DNA of 64,000 bases from Psilocybe cubensis. Taxonomy: Eukaryota. The position numbers and the translations under genes were made by a program. The DNA lies in the NCBI GenBank assembly GCA_017499595.2, contig CM039000.1, positions 2,356,001 to 2,420,000 on the forward strand. Reading direction: 5' to 3'. Below are positions 17,792 to 28,493 of this stretch, one piece after another (the stretch's first letter is position 1; every line of letters begins with the position of its first letter). A model generated the notes under the pieces. That model was not told the DNA's origin and searched no databases. It saw only the letters and a list, made by a program, of their open reading frames with translations.

Positions 17792-18244
17792 TGGAGCAAG
17801 AGAGGAGGGGTATATCCTGGCCGTTAACCATGTTAGCCAAAGGGACTAGCGCCTTTATATTGCAAGTGAGGTTGACGTGGGTTGATGGAAATTAAACCTG
17901 TGCCTATGCAGTGCCGTATAGGTACTTACAGGGTTGGGTACAAAGGGTAATCTCGTAATTAATAACAGCTTAGGCTAAAAATAGAAAATGATAACCAAGG
18001 CGTCCAAGTCTACGCCAACTCTTCCACTTAAACCCTTACATTTGGCAGATATTGCGCAATTCTTCCTGCTTAGAGAAGTATACAACGAAGTGAACATTTA
18101 TCATATCTTGAAAAGCTACATAATGAACTCCAAAACAACAACAGTAACAATAGAGAAACAATGAACACAACCGATGGTGACTTGATAAAAGTAATCATAA
18201 AGGATATAAAGTAATTTTGTAATAGTGCGCCGCGTGCATTCCGT

Positions 18245-20404
18245 CTAAATGATCTCTTCCATATCATCGTCGTCGCTGTCATCATCCTCAGGCAAAGGAT
18301 CAGGGACGTCGTCATCAGTAGTAACATCAGCAACTTGGGGTAGTGCCACCACGGGTGTAGGTGCGTGAATGTGTGCAGAAGGTTCGGAAGGAACGATAGA
18401 TGAAGATGAATTTTGAAATACTGGTGCGGGTTCAGAGGCAGGTGGAATTTGTTGTGGTAAAGAGGGAGCAATTGGTGCAGGGGCAGTGTGCTGCAATTGA
18501 GGCTGAGGCTGAGAAACCTGCCTTGCCAGTGAATCTTCCACTTGAGCAAGCTCGGCCAGTTGAGCAGCCAAAAGCGCAAGTTGCGCTTGTAGCTCGGCGC
18601 GAGGATCTTCGGGGGAAGTTCCATTCGTCGGCTGAGGGAGCGATGGTGCTGAAGCAGGGGCAGTAGTTCCAGACTGCGATGCAGCATTGCTGGCCAACAT
18701 GGCCTGTACATGAGAGAGTAGATGCTCAACTCCATTGTCGGTTATTTCTTCACTTGTCTCAGTAGCAGGTTGGTCGTCCTTAGGTTGGCCGTCCTTTTGT
18801 CGTTCCTCGGGTGGTAGTTGATACATGCTTCCGAAGTTGATGGCACTGAGAATATTCTGGGCTGCTTCATAGGCATCAGCGGAGTCTGTTTCTGTAGCTG
18901 GTGCTGAAGCCGCTGAGGTTTCTGTAGTAGCCTTATTCGCAGATGGTGAAGTGGGTGCACCGGCAATGGTGCCAGGTGCCGTCGATGTAGAAGCCGCTGG
19001 CTGGGCAGGGTAGCCAGGATATCCGTATGGGGGATACCCATAAGGCTGGGACGAATATGGCGGTTGAGGGGCAGGCTGAGTTGAAGGAGTCGCAGCATGG
19101 CCGTGGTGATGATGCACGAGAGGTGCATGAGTAAATGGAGGTGCAGGTGTGGATGCAGTAGGGGCGGTTGACGCATTTTGGGTTTGTGGGCGACGAGTAG
19201 TCCTGCGAGTTGTCTAAGAAAAGGTTATAAAAAGAAGCGTTTTACAGACAGATAAAGACTAACATTGCCTCCCTCCCATGAAGGATTCAATCTATACTTC
19301 CCATTTGGACCTTTATCGAACCGACCACGCCTGTAAGCCTTCTGAAGGGCTTGACTTGCAGACGGTCGAAAATTTGACTGTAACGGATATCTCGAAGCCA
19401 TCCAAGCAAAAAGATCCTTCGGTGCCCAACCTTCCGGATCCGAGCAACCTGTTAAAGCTTCAACTATCATTTCTTCATAGCTCGGAAGATCGTCCACGCC
19501 ATTGACAATATCTTGTTGTTGCTGCTGCTGAACAGGATGTGGAATCGGAACCATGCTGTTATAAATCGATGGTTGCGGTGGGTAAGTGGCAGGTGGTTGT
19601 GAATGGTAAGCGGTTTGCATGGGGTTTGCGTATGGCGCATATTGATAAGAGTAACCGCCTGGAGGTTGAGCGTAGTAGGGAGCAATGGGATATGTGGCTT
19701 GTGGGTGATGTCCATACCCGTATGGTTGATGAGGATATTGAGGGTGAACTGGAGGTACTACAGCAGGTGCAGGATGGGGAGTAGGAGCAGAAGTCGGAGC
19801 AGGAGTCGAGGTAGATGTAGAAGCAACTGGTTGAACAACATCAGGAGTAGTATTTGAGGAAGTCGCTGGTGCGGTCTGAGTAGGGGATGCTGCTGGAGAT
19901 TCGGTTGCAGGAGCGGAAGAGGTTGTGGACGAGGACGGCTCTGATGTTGCCGGAGGCGTCTCCTTGTCTGGCGGCCGTGGTTCTGTGGGCGAAACGACGC
20001 CTTGAGCAGCTGGAGTAGGTTCTGATCTTGAGGGTGATTTTAACGAATCCATAACTGCTGGTTCGCCATCTTTGGAAGATTCTTCGACTGATGGCTCAGC
20101 AGATACCTGGGGATCCTTTCGCAATTTTGCAATGGCAGCATTGATATCTGGAGGCCACAGAGAACTCTTGATATAAGGGGGGAGATGTATGTCGAAATTG
20201 AGGCAGAGATCGATGATTTGGTGGGGTGGTAGGAGAGCGAGATATTGGCGTTTGAGATCATGGTCTTGAGGCCCTGGAAAGTAATAAAGGACCAGAAAAC
20301 GGACAACGACGGGCAGTAAACATACCTGGTGGATGTAGCTGATAGTAAGAGTGGTAATGAGAATGGGGAATAGGAGCAGAGTAGGGAACGCTCGCCACCT
20401 GCAT
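18245..20404 (-). CDS. Linker-histone H15 (winged-helix) domain protein with P/Q/Y-rich flanks and acidic tail
   Basis: H15-like 'LPSYEEMIVEALTGCSDPEGWAPKDLFAWMASRYPLQSNFRPSASQALQKAYRRGRFDKGPNGKYRL'. The N-terminus MQVLHPPGPQDHDLKRQY is built from 9- and 13-nt coding exons. Ends 'EDDDSDDDDMEEII'. Confidence 0.8.
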
Positions 20405-20515
20405 CCTTCCGGCGAGCTGCACAGTTTTTCAGAACAAGGTTCGTATTGGCCTGTTTCCAAAAACAAATGTCAGTCACGATCGTATCAATTTCACTTGGTC
20501 ACTCTTTTTTGCCTA

Positions 20516-20551
20516 CACCACCACCAACATCAACAACAACAACACCAGCAA
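20516..20551. repeat. Imperfect CAC/CAA trinucleotide microsatellite
   Basis: caccaccaccaacatcaacaacaacaacaccagcaa, upstream of the H15-gene ATG. Confidence 0.7.
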
Positions 20552-20764
20552 GTCCCAAGAATTAGAAAACGGAAGAATAGCGTTTTGCTGTCATCGTTGA
20601 AGGGATGCCCAAGCTTTGGAAGACCTAAGAATCTCGTTTCGCCTATCATCGTTGAAGGAATGCCAGTAGCCTGGTCACTGGTACACTCGACTCTAATCTC
20701 CACAGAAGGCAACAGAACAACATGGTCTGGCACAAGAAACTACGAGACTTCTTGTTTCGTGGCT

Positions 20765-20810
20765 GATGGATAAATCCTTGTCGATGGATAAATTGTGGTT
20801 GATGGATAAA
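20765..20810. repeat. 3x GATGGATAAA with exact 18-bp period
   Basis: Identical 10-mers at 20765, 20783 and 20801, separated by variable 8-nt spacers. Confidence 0.85.
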
Positions 20811-21180
20811 AGCCCGACTGATGACTACAAATCCAAGTCGTTGGTTTTCGTCTGACCGTTATTCTGGCAATCTTATCTTGTGTGGAGAGAGATCTACGGA
20901 CTTGTTTTTGCGTACTCAAACCCAGCACATCGAACTACCGAACAGCGACGACACACACAACGACCTAGACGCTCTTTCTCCCTTGTTAGCTATACGTTAA
21001 ATCAGTATACAATCCATCCGAGTACACAAATGCCCAGCGCAACCCCTTGAGTATTGGGTGTTATATTAAATCAATGGCTTCTCAAGATACAACTTACACT
21101 ATCAACCGAGTACTCGATGAAAGATTCAGTCCTTAAATTGTCGCCCTTCCCAAATGGTGCCTACACATCAAATTCAAATC

Positions 21181-21239
21181 ATCGGTTAGTACACCCGCCT
21201 GTCACGCGCGAAAGCTGGGTTCGACTCCCAGGCGGAGAG
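21181..21239 (+). pseudogene. 5'-truncated tRNA-Asp(GTC)
   Basis: D-loop remnant ATCGGTTAGTAC; anticodon arm CCCGC-CTGTCAC-GCGCG with one C.C mismatch; perfect T arm CTGGG-TTCGACT-CCCAG; acceptor 3' strand GCGGAGA plus G discriminator; T6 terminator at 21247-21252. The 5' acceptor and D-stem strand (about 13 nt) is missing. Confidence 0.8.
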
Positions 21240-23198
21240 GCTTTCCTTTTTTCTGCATTTGACTAAATAATACTCCTTGTATGTTGACGATGGGCCTGTT
21301 TTTCCATTATAAGGGGGTTTACCCAATTTGCTTTAAAATTGAGAGGCGAATACAAATCACACTTCAAGCTGATCTATCTGCAGGGACGACGGTTCATGGG
21401 TTTCGGTGTTATCCGAACACACTTAGGCGCCGGCCAGCAACACTTCCGATCGTTCTGTTTTCAACGTCAATCTAGGTAATTATCGAGACCAACAATTTTG
21501 TGTATCCTGGGCTGTCACTATTAGGTATAGATGGCAAAAGTATCTATTGACATCAGAGGCTGACCCCTGTGCACTGTATCGCAGGCTTGCGGAGCTTCAA
21601 ACAACTTCGTCAAATAATAAAAGCTTTTACATATACAGAACGACGTTGATCTGCTCCAGATGCACCGTGTGGGGATTTCAGTGGCATTTCCGTCGAGATA
21701 GGATCGACGGGATGATTTACCAGGTAGGGACAGTATCCTCTGCTCTAGAGCCATGCCAACTATGCTTTGATAGTCACTAGAAGACATAGCATGCATATAT
21801 AGTAGCCAACAGCTTTTCAGTTTGCTATTATGGACATCTCTTGAATCTCTCTGCCTGTGAATTTTGGCTTATATGACCCATGACCACTATAAACACTTGC
21901 TTTCTGGAACATCTGAGCTTAAGTGAAGGTTCCAGAGTCTTGGTGTCATTGAGACTTCGGCACGCACAGACACTGCAAGAGCAGTCCGGACCGAATGCAG
22001 TCATGAAAATGTATATAATAGCTCTATCAATGTAGGTTTGAACGAATCCAAGAGCCAAGTTTCCCCAACTATTGTTTTCTACTTGTAGTTCCGTCACTCA
22101 ATTATGCATTCGGTGGGACTCGCATATTGCACTTCATAAAATATCCATCACTCACGTTTCGGCAGATATCTTCCACCCCTGTGAACTATGGTTGTGGATC
22201 TACTGACTGTAAATGCACCTCTACGTACGTTGTAGCATTCTTACCAAGTGACTTCAGTGGATGACTGATTATTACATTTTTTTAGATGTGGGTGCCAACA
22301 GGGTGCTTGCGGTTGCAAATGAACAACGAACACCATTCTTTGCTATGCACGAATAACGAACAGCTATCAACCCAATGGCTCATGTATAATCATACACGAA
22401 ATATGTTCAAGACGGACCATCCTTTGACTTTATGTACGGAGAGCCTACCTTCCTCATACACGATTTCCTCGAATTATAACCCAAACAAACATGAGTGGTT
22501 TAAAACATATAATACAAAGAGCGGCCAACGCCCACCCACATGTTCTCACATACACCTAATAAATGATACAAAAATATACAGCTCCCAACGCCCATCCTTC
22601 CGCACCGTCGCGTCGTTCAGTCTCATGCAAAAAAAGTCCAAAAATATGATGCTCCGTAATCGTTTTGCCCGTGAGTTCTATGAATAAAGATTGATGGTCT
22701 CCATAGTCGACCTGAGAAAATAAGTTTCACCGTGGGATCGAATAAATCCAATGGATATTATAAAGTTATTGTGAAGAGTTATTTGAAGATTGCAATTCTC
22801 CTGTACCGTTTCGCCATATTATAGAAGGTCGAAAATGGTGTCGGCCGTCCGAGAGTTGCAGCGTGAGCGCTGGAAATGGGTAACGTCATGTGCCCGTGAA
22901 TCACAGATGGACAAGAAGACAACCGTCTCAGTTAAGTACGAATCGTCCGGTCCAATTTGGGCATCGTCATGTAAGTCGACCAAAGGTGTCAAAAAATGTC
23001 GAGATACAAGGTCTCCCCAGAGAATTGCTGTGGAAAACAAGAGTTTTGCCGTCCATCGAAAATGGGAATATAAATATTCCAAATGATCCACTGAAAAGAA
23101 AGGGAGGAAAAAAACAACGATATCCCGCACGACACTCGCGCGGACCGTTGATAAATCCTCGCGGGAACCGCGCGGATTTCACCTCGAAAGCACATCCC

Positions 23199-24772
23199 TC
23201 ACATGCCTTCGAAGTCGTAAAGAACCTGGCCAACGCCCCCAGAGCCGTTGCTGATATTTCGAAGCAGAGGATCTAAAGATGCCAGTTCATCTTTGATCCC
23301 TGCGCGGGCGAGTTCGTCAAGTTCCTTAAGTAAGGCTGTGGTTATTTTCTAATGATGACACTCTTTAGTAAGACAAGAGATCAACAGAATCCATACAGAA
23401 TACTCGCCTTTAGTTTGCTGTCAATTTTGACAACTAGATCACCCAAGCCGCTTGACCATCCTACCACGGGCTGACCGGCGATGGAACTACCGCCCATAGG
23501 TCCAGAACTGGGATTTGCTATTCCCCATAAGCTTCCACTCAGTTCAGATTCTGGCTGAATACCATTCGGTGGATATGGCAGTTGATGGAGATTTGGATTT
23601 GACTGGTGATTTGGGTTGTTAAATCCTCCCTGAGGATTCGAAGGGGGAATCTCCGAGGGAAAAAGATACGAAACGCCAGGGTGTGGTGCAAGAAGTCCCA
23701 GAGGGCCCATCATCTGTTGCTGAGGGATTGGAAAAGGTGAGGGACCAAGAACTTTGGAGATTTTGTTGTAGACTTCAGAGAGAACATCAAGTAAAGAAAG
23801 TAAAGTCTGATGATAATCTAAAGGGAAAGGCTGTTGCAGGTATCATAAATGGTAGCACGTGTGGGTAAAACGCGTGTAATTGCTTACGATTGAAGGAGAT
23901 AGTAAACTGGACGCGTCTGTGGAACCATCAACGTAGGAACCAGCAAATTCAGGGATTCCTTGGGTGCCCCTTTTTAAGCCCTTGCCTTTGAATATTCGCT
24001 GATGCAATGGTGGTTATTTTGTGTGATGGGATACGGGATACGCGAGAGATGGAGACGCACCATCCGGGATTTATCGCCTTCTTCCTTGCTCTGATCATAT
24101 TCCGTAATGATGATATTTAGGCCACGAAGCAGGTCGAGTGGTTGGTTTATATCCAAAAGAGTTGATAGCGAGAGCCCGAGAATGGCAAAACGAGTTGTAC
24201 TGGGAGAAAAATTGATGAAAGGAGAAGGACAATCGCGCAAATGATGAATACACACCGTTTTCTGATAGCTGGATTGCTGTTGTGAAAGGCCTTGTCCAGT
24301 TCTGCACGCGAGATCTGGATGGTATGGAACCAATGGCTGCGTCTGGGGGGGAAAGACATCAAGAACAAGAGGAAAGGGCGGAGCTGGGCGAAACACACCC
24401 TTCATGGATGCTCCTGAGATATGTCAAGGTGGTTATCCTCTTCTGGACGAGTTCTCTGAGGAGGTCGATGGAGGTGCCCTGGCCTAGGGGTGGGCTCTGA
24501 GCACCTGCGAGGGTAGAAGCGACAGTGTCTGAGTGAAGCGACTGGGCATCCCAGTCCCTAGGCAATGGGGTAGATGCGGTGGGTGTAGCAGCTGAGGCAA
24601 AGGAGAGGCTTGTCGAGTTTATGGGGGACGCGGAAGAGAGATTGAGAGGCGGGGGCACTGGGGCGGACGAGGACGATGACTGAGCCGGAGTCTTGAAGGA
24701 CGAAAGAAGGTTTTGTGCAGAGGATTTGCGGCGCATAGTAGGACGCTGGAGATCTGTGGAAAAGGAGGACAT
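23199..24772 (-). CDS. Uncharacterised fungal protein (6 exons, one GC-AG intron)
   Basis: Spliced frame: MSSFSTDLQRPTMRRKSSAQNLLSSF...LVQKRITTLTYLRSIHEGRSHWFHTI...PFPLDYHQTLLSLLDVLSEVYNKI...KIDSKLKKITTALLKELDELAR...YDFEGM*. Confidence 0.8.
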
Positions 24773-24900
24773 TATGTCGGTGTAGTACGGTATATGGTAA
24801 GTGCAAGAAACACACCGTCCCACTTGGCGACACTCTCTAGCGTCACGTGGCTTTCTTCAATATCATCAGCTCAACTCGCTCATCTCAACTGACAACAACC

Positions 24901-25501
24901 ATGGAAGACATCAACGCCATCGCAAAGCAGTTTGTCGACTTTTACTACGCCACCTTTTCTTCAGGTCGTTCAAATCTCAGTGCTCTCTATGTCAGTTTCT
25001 TTTTCTACCACAATCGCACAATCGCAGCTGATCTCTTCATCGTCCCAGCGTCCCAACTCCATGCTCACCTTCGAGGGAACCCCCATTAAAGGTGTCGACG
25101 CTGTCATTGAGAAGCTTGTCGTGCGTCCTGTCTTTTCTATCTCGTGCATCACCACCGATCTAATTTATTCCGTTCCAGTCCCTTCCTTTCCAGAAGGTCC
25201 AGCACAAGATTACCACCCTCGACGCACAACCATCGTCTGCTACTATGGACGTCGCCAGTCTTATCGTCAGCGTCACTGGTCTTTTGGTCGTAAGATAACG
25301 CGTCCGATCCAAGCTCTATCTCGCTCATTTTTTGTACAGGTCGACGATTCCGAAAACCCATTGAACTTTAGTCAGGTTTTCCAACTCTACCCAGAGGGTC
25401 GTACCTACTACGTGTAAGCATCGACATCGCTCTTTAACAATTGTCTATCTAATAATCGATCATGCAGACTCAACGATATTTTCCGTCTCAACTACGGTTA
25501 G
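24901..25501 (+). CDS. NTF2: Nuclear transport factor 2
   Basis: MEDINAIAKQFVDFYYATF...YRPNSMLTFEG...LPFQKVQHKITTLDAQPS...FSQVFQL...YVLNDIFRLNYG*; 4 introns. Confidence 0.96.
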
Positions 25502-25956
25502 AGACTTTTAGACACTCAAATTTGTACTCCTTGGATTCTTACAATAACCATTAATCTCTTTCTCACGCAATAATTTTCCTGTATCTATCGATCGCGCAAA
25601 ACTGTTCAGTTCCGGAGTGATGCAGTTTATATCTCAAAGTGTCGTCGCAGCTGTCCAAAAATTCCGCGTTCGTCTCTTTCCGGGCACTTCTATGACAGAC
25701 GTTTAGATTGCAATCTGCTTTCGTTCCGATTGGTCAGGCCTTGACGATCGCAATGCTTGCTACAAATACCCATTGAGTACGACCAATCTACCTAGGACGG
25801 AGGGCTTTGGAGCGATTGCGATTTGGAACCTTCTGGGACAGACACGTCCAAAGATGTCTCCACTCGTTTGCCCTACAAACTTAGGGGTAAATGCCAAAAA
25901 GTGTCACACATAGAACCTTCGCGTAACGTTAATTAGTCGGGACTGTGTTATTATTA

Positions 25957-27646
25957 TTAAAAGAGGGATAATCTCCGAGCTCCAGACGACTGGACCGGAG
26001 AGGAAGCCCTATCAGAAGTACTGGCAGTACTATTGGAATCCACATTGTCCCTGCAAGAGGTCAATCCCATCGAGACAAGATCATTGCCTGCTTTTATAAA
26101 ATAGTAGTCACCTGTAAAAAGAAGAGATCAAAAAATGAGCTGTAGAAAATAGCAGAAGAAAGATGAAAGAGACAAACCATAAACAATGCCAGTTAAAGAG
26201 TTGTTCGCGGGTATGTTGACCGTTCCGTTGGAAAGCAGACTCTGCCATGATGGGCGCCAAGCTAAGGTAGTGATATTGTTCAAAATGCTAAAGGCCCCAT
26301 CAATCCATTGCTGTTTCAAAGAATCAGTGGTTTCTTGTTGAGCGAGTAGTAGTAGGCCGGTAGCAGCGATAGTAGCGGCTGATGAGTCTGCTGGACGCGG
26401 GGGAGGGGTGAGAGGCGCGTTGAAATCCCTGATCGTTTTTTGAACTCATCAGTCAAACGTAGACAAATGATGTAACAACATTGACGGAGCGTTGTGGAAA
26501 AAGAAAAATGCTGACCAGGGTACAATGCCATCCGAAGGAATATTATTCAAAAAATAGGTTGCTAGTCGTCGTGATGTATCGAGATAGTTCGTGTCGTTCG
26601 TAAATTTATACACTGATTGTGGATTCGTTTCAGCAAGTTGCAACAAAAGTTTGAAATGTTGACACAACTCACTATTGGCGAACCCGTAGATCCCCCATGC
26701 CTGCCCTCGCGACCACGTGCTACTGTCAGAAAATCCTTGAGCAGTTCTCTTCTTGATGACGAGACCCGTCGTAGAATTGTATTCGACCACATGCCATGTG
26801 GAACCTGACCACGAACTAAGTTTAGACAACTTTCTGCCAGGACAACCTTAATCCAAACCATGCACATACCATCATCCCGAATATGGTTTGCCATCGTGGT
26901 ATCTGCATGGGTGGTGGCAATTTTTCGGAGTGTGGAATTCCCAGTCAGGTCAGCGGAGTGGAAGAGAACTTCAAGGTTCATCATGTTGTCAATGATGACC
27001 TGTACAGCTATGTCATGAGTCCGAGTCAAAAGAATCGTCCCACAAACGATATCCCACGCACCTGAAAGTCTGTGGGATCCGCTGTGTCCCAACTTCGAGT
27101 GCAACCAACAACTGGATTGAAACGCGCCGCAAGCATACTCGCAAAGTTGTTGACAGCATTAATTGCGGTCTGATTTGTCGGATTCCTAGAAGACAAATGT
27201 TAATGCTAGGCTTAAAGATGAAATCCTGGAATTACTCACACCACCAATTCCTCGATAAAAGGGTAACTAATGAAGCCTACGTCATGACCAATGCCATTAT
27301 TTGCGTTAAGCGATAGCAATCCATTGCTTGCAGACCGTGCAAGGTTTAACCAATCTGCATTGTTCAATCCATTAGCTGGTGTTGCCCCACACAGCTGCTT
27401 TCGGGTGTTCAGCGCATAACCAGTCACTGGGAAAAAACCAGACGTCCATGTATTCGGAGAGAAATATAACCATTTTCCAGGGCCAGTGTCGGTGTATTGG
27501 GGGTATTGAACGGGCTTTGGTAGAGCCTTAAATGTTGCCAAAACTTTCGTTGGGATGTCTGATGAGAAGAGTTCCGAAGGCAAAATCGCCTGTGATAGTG
27601 GGGAAACTGACAGGAAACCGAATATTATTGAAAATTTGGGCAACAT
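25957..27646 (-). CDS. Secreted GH88 unsaturated glucuronyl hydrolase
   Basis: Signal peptide; 'WTSGFFP', 'GHDVGF', 'GCTRSWD...VIIDNMMNLEVLF', 'TAQGFSDSSTWSRGQAWGIYGF', 'PADSSAA', 'GIVYGDYYF'. Confidence 0.92.
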
Positions 27647-28493
27647 AATGAACAAGCGTGGCCAGTAAGTCAGCGATTAGGAGGCATATACTATGAGGCG
27701 AACCAATCTGCCTTTATAGTAAAACTGGAGGCTCTCAGCCCAGAATAGCGACGGGCCGGCCTGCACTGTGCTGCCTGCGAACACGGGGCACTGGGAGCAG
27801 TGGCAATGACATGAATGGCCAAGTTCTGAAATTCTTCGCAAGGAAACTTTGTATGTTGCGTAGGAGAAGAAGAGGAAGCTATATCATGTGATAGATCGGC
27901 GTCGTTATCTGTGCAATTGAAAATGTCAGACTGCTTCAAGCCTTCAACTGTCCGGGTAGAAAACGAGAAGGAGTGCTAGTCTGGGAAGTTAAATTTAACC
28001 CGAAGGAAGAGTGTAATGCCGAGTCAAGGTATGCTGCTGTTATACTGCTATGCTCCCAGATGTGCTCGCCAGTAATCGTTGAAGTAAAAAGAGCTAAGAG
28101 CCCACGCCAGACGCTAAGGCATCACCACCCAATTTCCATAAGCAATGTGCCATCAACTTTTCATTGTATGGTTACTGTCCCTGGCTCCTATCTTTAATGT
28201 GACTTTAGCGAGGGACCTGATCTTAGAAATGCTAGTCGTAGTCGAGATGCGCAGACGTCGTATTCCAACAGAGACATCGCAGCGAAGAGCACAGTGGTAC
28301 GCAGGTCAGTAGGAGTAATGGATCAAGTCAACGCCGTCGTCCGTGACAAAGTTTGCAATCATAATCGATGTTTGGCACAGGCTTCCGTAATACACAATGC
28401 ACTGCAGCTGCGCCGCAAGCCTCATTTCCTCTCTTTTATCGCAATTACTTGCTCATCCCTTTCTTCATCCTTTTACGACCTCACATCTAGAAA

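Noticed and set aside
18070..18735. 221-aa alternative-frame ORF overlapping the H15 gene
   Set aside because: It is a Leu/His-rich shadow frame of a Pro/Ala/Gln-rich exon, with no independent signal.
20765..20810. CRISPR-like repeat-spacer array
   Set aside because: 10-bp repeats with 8-bp spacers are far too short, there are no cas genes, and the context is eukaryotic.
21181..21285. Circularly permuted tRNA-Asp (5' half downstream)
   Set aside because: Neither downstream look-alike gives a full 5' half. CTTTCC leaves no loop, and ACTCCTTGTAT lies beyond the T6 terminator.
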